Positions 6,906-12,138 of a stretch of DNA of 12,138 nucleotides are shown here, piece after piece. The notes beneath the pieces are model-generated. The model saw nothing but the letters and a program-made list of their open reading frames with translations, ran no database searches and was not told the DNA's origin. This DNA comes from Calditrichia bacterium. GTDB lineage: Bacteria; Calditrichota; Calditrichia; RBG-13-44-9. The stretch spans positions 1-12,138 of the forward strand of contig JARRQT010000084.1 in assembly GCA_037381445.1 (NCBI GenBank). The letters run 5' to 3'. Positions within the stretch are counted from its first letter, which is position 1; each line of letters starts with the position of its first letter. A program made the translations under genes and the position numbers.

Positions 6906-8873
6906 CTATTTAAGCAGAATAAGCTTGCGGCTGCGAATTCCCTGCGGGCTTTTCAGCACATAAATGTAAATGCCGCTGGCAAAGCGGCTGGCGTTAATTT
7001 TTACCGTATGGTAACCCGCCTTCAGTGTGCCTTGCTGCAATACGGCAATCTTTTCGCCCAGCAGATTATACAGACACAACTGCACTGCCCCGGTTTTGGG
7101 CAGTCCGAATACGATGCTGGTGGCGGGATTGAAAGGATTTGGATAATTCTGTTCCAGCACCAGCGTTTTGGGTATATCCAGCATTCCCGGGCTGTACAGA
7201 CCGCTGGGCGCCTCGATATACACGTTGATGGTATCATAACCGGCGGCGCTGCTGTCATCCCGCACGGTCAGATAGAGTTGGACAATGGAAGACTGGTCCG
7301 CCGCAGTGCTCAGGATGAGACTGTCTCCGCTGATACTCAGCATGGTACTCAGATCGGAAGAACTCACCGCTGCCTCAAAAACCATTGAATCCGCCGGGAT
7401 TTCAACATCATGGGCATATTCGGTCAGGATGAGAGTGCGTTGCGATCCCGCGGTCAGGTGCAGCGTATCGGGCAGCCCGCTGAACCAGGGCACATCATTC
7501 ACGGAAAACACAGTGACATTGACCGTATCGGTGGTCTGAAGTTCACCATCGGAAGCGGTTACATAGACTTCGGCGCTGCCGAAAGCATTCTCCGGGAAGG
7601 CGAGCCTCAGGCGCCCGCTGTCCGCATCCGCAGCGATAACATCCGGATCGCTGCTGACAACCGAAAAGCTGAGCGAATCCCCGTCCGGATCGCTGAAATG
7701 CGCGGCAATCAGGCCCGAAAGCCAAACCGGGGCATCCTCACTAACCGTTATATCGCCAAAGGGCTGCACGATTTGCGGTGCGGAATTATGCGGCGTGGCG
7801 CTGATTTCAGCGCATAGCGCACTGTAATTCCCGGCAATATCCACGGCAGCCAGGCGGTAATAATAGGTGTCGCCATTGATAACATCGGTATCCACGTATT
7901 GGGTGTCCGGCGCGCTGACGGCAGCAATGGAATCGGCGGACGACGGTTCAAATCCGGAAGTGGTGCTGCGGTACAGCACGTAGCCGGTCAGATCGTTTTC
8001 CGCGTTGGGCGACCAGCTTAATTCCACCTGGCCGTTCTTTCCTGCCGCGGCAAAATTTTGCGGGATCTCCGGCGGCGTCAGGTTGTCGATTGTGAACACC
8101 TGCCCGAAGGGTTTGGACCATTTCCCGTTTTCATTCCTGAAACGGATAAAAAGGATATGCGAAGTTTCATCCAGACCGGCGAGGCTGATCTGCTGCGAAA
8201 TGTTTTCAATCAGGCCATTAAAATCACCGTCCGTTGCCAGCAGGGCAAATCCGCTGCCTTCACCGGGATCGGTATCGAAAAAATACTCGGCATTGGCCAG
8301 TTTGGGTGCAGTGAGCCATTCATTGAATTCCCGGCTGTTTACCCGGAATACCCGGCCAAACGGGCGGCCCCATTGCCCGGCCGAATTCCGCAGACGCACA
8401 TAAAGCACATGCGCGCCGGGCTGCAGACCGGCAAAGGAAGCCGATCCGGCAATGGATTCAAAGAGCTGATCAAAATTGCCGTCTTGCGTCAGCAGGGCCG
8501 AGCCGCCGCCTTCGCCGGGATCGCTGTCGAAAAAATATTCGGCATCCGCCAGTTTGGGTGCCGACGCCCAGACCAGTTCTTTACTGCTTTTAACGGTAAA
8601 AATCCGGCCAAAGGCATGGCTCCAGGTGCCGTCGCTTTTTTGAAGACGGATATAAAGCACATGCGGGCCGCTTTGCAGTCCGGATACCGGTGCGGATGCC
8701 ATTACTTTTTCAAACAGGGCGTCCCAGGAACCGTCTTCGGCCTGCAGTGCGGAACCGCTGCCCGGGCCCGGATCCGAATCGATAAAATATTCTCCCTTTA
8801 TTACCGAGGCTTGCGTTAGCGTGCAAAATAACAGCAAAAGGAAGAATGCGCTGAAATACATCCTGTGTTTCAT
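6906..8873 (-). CDS. Secreted T9SS type-A CTD protein: signal peptide, three EYFxDxDPG Ig-like repeats, FN3, two cadherin-like domains, CTD; 655 aa
   Basis: Sec signal peptide (MKHR...TLTQA). Repeats at aa ~24-262. FN3 (VELSWSPN...GYVLYRS...YYYRLAAVDIAGNYS). Cadherin-like Ca-binding motifs (NSAP...SED...FSDPDGD...VTASDG...VNDVP). C-terminal LEQNYPNPFNP...YNLLGEKI...ASGIYIY...KLILLK. SD AGGA lies in the 11-nt gap after the upstream stop. Confidence 0.9.
   Translation of the reverse strand: MKHRMYFSAFFLLLLFCTLTQASVIKGEYFIDSDPGPGSGSALQAEDGSWDALFEKVMASAPVSGLQSGPHVLYIRLQKSDGTWSHAFGRIFTVKSSKELVWASAPKLADAEYFFDSDPGEGGGSALLTQDGNFDQLFESIAGSASFAGLQPGAHVLYVRLRNSAGQWGRPFGRVFRVNSREFNEWLTAPKLANAEYFFDTDPGEGSGFALLATDGDFNGLIENISQQISLAGLDETSHILFIRFRNENGKWSKPFGQVFTIDNLTPPEIPQNFAAAGKNGQVELSWSPNAENDLTGYVLYRSTTSGFEPSSADSIAAVSAPDTQYVDTDVINGDTYYYRLAAVDIAGNYSALCAEISATPHNSAPQIVQPFGDITVSEDAPVWLSGLIAAHFSDPDGDSLSFSVVSSDPDVIAADADSGRLRLAFPENAFGSAEVYVTASDGELQTTDTVNVTVFSVNDVPWFSGLPDTLHLTAGSQRTLILTEYAHDVEIPADSMVFEAAVSSSDLSTMLSISGDSLILSTAADQSSIVQLYLTVRDDSSAAGYDTINVYIEAPSGLYSPGMLDIPKTLVLEQNYPNPFNPATSIVFGLPKTGAVQLCLYNLLGEKIAVLQQGTLKAGYHTVKINASRFASGIYIYVLKSPQGIRSRKLILLK
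8088..8804 (-). repeat. Three tandem intragenic domain repeats with an exact 84-aa (252-bp) period
   Basis: EYFIDSDPG (aa 28), EYFFDSDPG (aa 112) and EYFFDTDPG (aa 196), each followed by ALxxxDG, GL-x4-H[VI]L[YF][IV]R and GxWxxxFGx[IV]F. Confidence 0.92.
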
Positions 8874-8884
8874 GATCTTCCTTT

Positions 8885-10090
8885 CTATTTGGCTGCGCCG
8901 GTTCCTCTGATTTGAAGTTCATTGCCGATCAGTGAAAGCTGCAGATCAATCACCGCCGGATCGCTGTCCTGGTAATTATCCCAAGTGTGGCTGCCGCCGT
9001 AAATGCCCATATCATTGCGGGTCAGGTCCAGGTCCAGATACTGCACATTAGGACTGCCGGTATCGATACAGGGAGAACCGGCCTGCAGGGTGTAATCGCC
9101 GGTTACGGAATCGGTGAAGGCGGGATCTTCCAGTATATTATTCACACCTGCATCGGGAAATGTACCGGAATTATAGGCACAATTATATTCATATATCAAT
9201 GGTGTGTTAAATACAACGCCACTGGTATTTTCATAAAAAATATTACCGCTGAATAAAAATCTGGATCCTGAAGATGCGCTGGCAGAATAAACAGCCCTGA
9301 CAGTTGCTCCTGCAATTATATTGTTGGAAATTTCGGCCAAACAGACATTTGAACCGGTATTGATGTAAATGCCATGCTGCCCTCCTGAGATCAGATTATT
9401 TCCGGCCGCACAACCGGATGTAGCATAGCCATCGAAACACAGGTTGAAGTTAGAATCACTAATCCGGTTTGCATAAACCAAATTGTTTACACCGTTAATG
9501 GAAATACCTCTTTCATAGTAATTTCTGACATTATTGGCAATAACGCGGAAATTTTCCCTGGTTTCGATCGCCCGGTATGCCGAGCCGTTGCCATCGAGGT
9601 CATTTTTGAAAATCACACAGTCTTCACCATTATATCCCTGCAAAAGTGGCATACATACGATCTTTCCTGCAATAAAATTATTGTGGGCAATAAACATCTT
9701 ACCGGTGACGCCTTCAATATTGCCGTGAATTTCATTATCGAGGATTTGAATATAATCGGACGGCGCAAATGAGTAAACATTCAGCGTTCCGTTGATGACA
9801 AAACCGCGGACCATCGAGCCCTCGCTGCCGCTGAGGAAGCGAATACCGGGATTACTGCCGCAGGTGATGGTGACCCCCTGTTCCTGGCCGAGCAGAAACA
9901 GTTTTTTGTCCAGCGACATGGACTCTGCATAGTCACCGGCGTAGACCTCGATCGTATCACCGCTCGCTGCTGCGGCGATTGCATCATTGATAGTGGTATA
10001 ATCTCCGCCGCCGCCCTGGGCGACAGTCACTACATTCTGTCCGAACAGCGGAAAACACAGACCGAAAACAAACAGAAAAATCCTTTTCAT
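8885..10090 (-). CDS. Secreted right-handed parallel beta-helix (pectin-lyase fold) protein without a T9SS CTD, 401 aa
   Basis: Signal peptide MKRIFLFVFGLCFPLFG. N-cap GDYTTINDAIAAAASGDTIEVYAGDY. Asn-ladder coils (IANNV, YANRI, ISNNII, SGNIF). C-cap DPAF...DYTLQAGSPCIDTG...NDMGIYGG. SD AGGAG at 10096-10100. Confidence 0.88.
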   Translation of the reverse strand: MKRIFLFVFGLCFPLFGQNVVTVAQGGGGDYTTINDAIAAAASGDTIEVYAGDYAESMSLDKKLFLLGQEQGVTITCGSNPGIRFLSGSEGSMVRGFVINGTLNVYSFAPSDYIQILDNEIHGNIEGVTGKMFIAHNNFIAGKIVCMPLLQGYNGEDCVIFKNDLDGNGSAYRAIETRENFRVIANNVRNYYERGISINGVNNLVYANRISDSNFNLCFDGYATSGCAAGNNLISGGQHGIYINTGSNVCLAEISNNIIAGATVRAVYSASASSGSRFLFSGNIFYENTSGVVFNTPLIYEYNCAYNSGTFPDAGVNNILEDPAFTDSVTGDYTLQAGSPCIDTGSPNVQYLDLDLTRNDMGIYGGSHTWDNYQDSDPAVIDLQLSLIGNELQIRGTGAAK

Positions 10091-10174
10091 GGCAGCTCCT
10101 TGCTAATGTGTTTAATTGGAATCCGTTGCTCTCCCAATCCCCCAAGACCTGCAGTAAGAAAAGTATCGTCAAAA

Positions 10175-10200
10175 TTTATATACGGCTTTAGGTATAAAAA
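10175..10200. promoter_or_regulatory. Operator-like palindrome upstream of the beta-helix/T9SS operon
   Basis: TTTATATAC-N8-GTATAAAAA (8 of 9 positions inverted-complementary), about 85 bp upstream of the 10090 start in an AT-rich promoter-like stretch. Confidence 0.3.
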
Positions 10201-10289
10201 GTAAAATCAGCGGTCTGGTAAGAATTGGGCCCTATCCATGGTATGGTCCTTTTCGGATCCGTGAAAGCGGATATTTATAATCAGGCAGG

Positions 10290-10688
10290 CTATTTTTCAA
10301 TCGCCACTCTGAAAACCAGCAATGACAGCAGAATGGTGACGGCGCCGAACAGCAGGTTTTCCAACAGGACGGCCGAGGCAAAATTCCCGATGGTATTCAC
10401 CACAAAATAAAGAAATACTGCCCAGGTCCCAGCGTTTATCAGCAGGTTTGAGCGGCTGTTTTTCAGGTTCTGCATTTTGAGTCCGATAAGGACCATGAAC
10501 AGAACGGTGGCACTTATGGCGATGACCTCCAGGAACAGGAGGTTCGATCCGGCATCATCGATCTGTCCGCCCCATACAATTTGCAATGGAATAATCCGGA
10601 AGATGATCAGGAAATGCATGATGAGCAGGGCCGCCAGGATATAGAGCACGATTTGACCGGCCAGTTTAGCGCTGATAATTTTCTTCAT
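10290..10688 (-). CDS. Hypothetical 4-TM inner-membrane protein, 132 aa
   Basis: Four hydrophobic segments with motifs H...P...WGG and NTIGNFAS. The ATG at 10688 is preferred over the GTG at 10697 because the GTG is part of the SD GAGGTG. Confidence 0.75.
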   Translation of the reverse strand: MKKIISAKLAGQIVLYILAALLIMHFLIIFRIIPLQIVWGGQIDDAGSNLLFLEVIAISATVLFMVLIGLKMQNLKNSRSNLLINAGTWAVFLYFVVNTIGNFASAVLLENLLFGAVTILLSLLVFRVAIEK

Positions 10689-10960
10689 CGGTAGCACCTC
10701 GGATATTGGTTTTTAATATTCTGCAATTTTCTGTTTCTTTTTGATGCTGAAGTAAAGCCGCGAAAAAGGGGCAGACATTATATTTTGTCCCATAAATTGC
10801 ACGCCGTTCAATTTTAGAAAAAAATGCAATGTTAAACAACCTTGAACTTTCAGGCGCCGGGATTGACTGCCCGCTCAAATATGAATAGTTGTGAATCCGG
10901 AAATAGTGAAATTTTTGAGGATGCATCGGCATACAATTTTGCCGGTTTGGCAGAAAACAC

Positions 10961-10989
10961 TTGCTTTTTTTATCGCCAATTAATATTAT
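10961..10989 (+). promoter_or_regulatory. Candidate sigma70-type promoter
   Basis: TTGCTT (10961-10966), 17-nt spacer, TATTAT (10984-10989), pointing toward the OMP gene. Confidence 0.4.
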
Positions 10990-11378
10990 TTGAATAACAA
11001 GCAGAAATAAACGATTTTTATGATAAAGCAGCAGGATTTTATCCCTTTTGGAGAGAAAATTTTTAACCTGGCTTATTCATAGAATTATCTGTTACGCCTC
11101 CGGGATTTTAAAAAATCCGAAGATCGGGAAAATGATGGCCAAGCCGCTGGAATTCTGATCCGAAGTACGGTTCGACGGCGGATTTCTGGATGCCGGAAAT
11201 TTGCACGGCGGAATATAGTTTTCCAGGAAATATGAGAGAGCAGCGGACACGGGGTGCCATTTCTTTTCGGCTGGTGGATTGAAGGTATTTTTCTTTCGGG
11301 CCGTTTGAAATAAAGGCCGCGGAAAGAGACACCATAAATTCGATGATGCCTGTCTTTAAACAGGAAAGGAGGCGGCAT

Positions 11379-12138
11379 TTGAAATACCCTTTCATTTTAC
11401 TAACCTTTCTGCTGATTTGCGGCAGCCTGGCCGCGCAATGCGCAAAAACCGGCTGGCTGTCGCTGCAGCGTCTCTCCCTGGAACTCAGTTCCGGTTATTA
11501 TTTCAGCCCCTGGGACAATTACAACCGGGCGGCGCAGACCATTGCCGACCGGATCATGCTGGACCCCTATTTTTACGAACCGCGGGGCGCGTATGAGAAA
11601 ATAAACGGCGATCTGATGTACCGCGGCGCCCTGGGTTACCGGCTTTTCAGGGGACTGCGGGTGTCGTTCACCGCCCAGTACAGCACCAGTTCCGCGCCGT
11701 TCGAGATGTATCCCGACATGACCGTGCCGCCGCTGAATGAGAACACCAGTCCCGCCTTCCGCCAGAAGTTCAGCCTGGATGTTTACTCCTTCGGGCTGGC
11801 CGCGGATTACCGCTATGCTGTGAACAGAAGAATTTCCCTCGTTACGAATGCGGGCCTGGACCGCTTCACCGGCAAACTCGATTTCCGGTTCATTTACGAT
11901 GAGGGGGCAACGGGTCCCGCCGGCAGCGGTTTTGGCTGGAGAGACGTAAAGGCCAGACTGGATGACAATGTTCTGGCCTGGCACGCCGGGCTTGGTTTGA
12001 GTTTCAGGCTGACGGGAAGGATTTCCCTGCAGGTTATGGGAGAATATCGGAGGCTTCGTTTTGAGGGGATGGAAGGTCCCGGCACTGTGGAATATTGGGG
12101 TTCCGGCGAGAAAACGCCTGCTGAAACCATTAATTTCA
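11379..12138 (+). CDS. Outer-membrane beta-barrel protein (OmpA/OmpW-like small barrel), runs off the window end; absent from the ORF track
   Basis: TTG start 6 nt after SD AGGAGG (11367-11372); in-frame ATGs at 11343/11346 are alternatives. Open to the window end: MKYPFILLTFLLICGSLAAQ (signal peptide), then amphipathic strands LSLELSSGYY, YRGALGYRL, LRVSFTAQY, FGLAADYRY, WHAGLGLSFRL and ISLQVMGEYR. Confidence 0.82.
   Translation, partial: MKYPFILLTFLLICGSLAAQCAKTGWLSLQRLSLELSSGYYFSPWDNYNRAAQTIADRIMLDPYFYEPRGAYEKINGDLMYRGALGYRLFRGLRVSFTAQYSTSSAPFEMYPDMTVPPLNENTSPAFRQKFSLDVYSFGLAADYRYAVNRRISLVTNAGLDRFTGKLDFRFIYDEGATGPAGSGFGWRDVKARLDDNVLAWHAGLGLSFRLTGRISLQVMGEYRRLRFEGMEGPGTVEYWGSGEKTPAETINF

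Noticed and set aside
8088..8804. CRISPR array or DGR TR/VR pair
   Set aside because: The repeats are in-frame, diverged protein domains with no spacers and no visible adenine-specific mismatch pattern. There is no cas or reverse transcriptase gene.
6679..8922. Overlapping ORFs on the T9SS gene, including 8058..8819 + (253 aa)
   Set aside because: Antisense or alternative-frame shadows. Their periodicity only mirrors the 252-bp domain repeats.
10257..10272. ATCCGT-GAAA-GCGGAT hairpin as terminator of the 4-TM gene
   Set aside because: The stem is short, folds better on the non-coding + strand, and has no U-tract in the - direction.
11020..11235. ECF sigma factor pseudogene or TAG read-through (GEKIFNLAY resembles sigma region 2)
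   Set aside because: The similarity covers only about 9 residues and the frame after the TAG shows no further sigma motifs. TAG is used as a normal stop by other genes in the window.
11085..12130. - strand ORFs at 11085, 11108, 11400 and 11894
   Set aside because: No motifs or SD. The latter two are antisense to the OMP gene.

Overview
Chromosomal window from a bacterium, probably an FCB-group lineage such as Calditrichota, KSB1 or Ignavibacteria (inferred from a T9SS-type 'QNYPNPFNP' C-terminal domain plus strong Shine-Dalgarno sites). On the + strand: a 5'-truncated tsaA/trmO tRNA methyltransferase, then a pair of genes for a COG3375-type GNAT acyltransferase and a membrane-anchored DUF4760-like protein. 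On the - strand: an orphan 1330-aa CHASE3-PAS-GAF-PAS-GAF-PAS-PAS-HisKA_3 sensor kinase, a two-gene secreted-protein operon (a beta-helix protein and a T9SS-sorted protein with three 84-aa 'EYFxDxDPG' repeats), and a 4-TM hypothetical protein. At the right edge is a 3'-truncated outer-membrane beta-barrel gene that the ORF track missed. No mobile element, tRNA, rRNA or CRISPR array was seen. The most interesting hypothesis concerns the operon. The T9SS protein's repeats look like Ig-like domains missing their first two strands, and the CTD-less beta-helix protein ends in what looks like those two strands. This suggests a strand-complementation scaffold/cargo system. The beta-helix core is also compositionally distinct from its ends and may be exchangeable.
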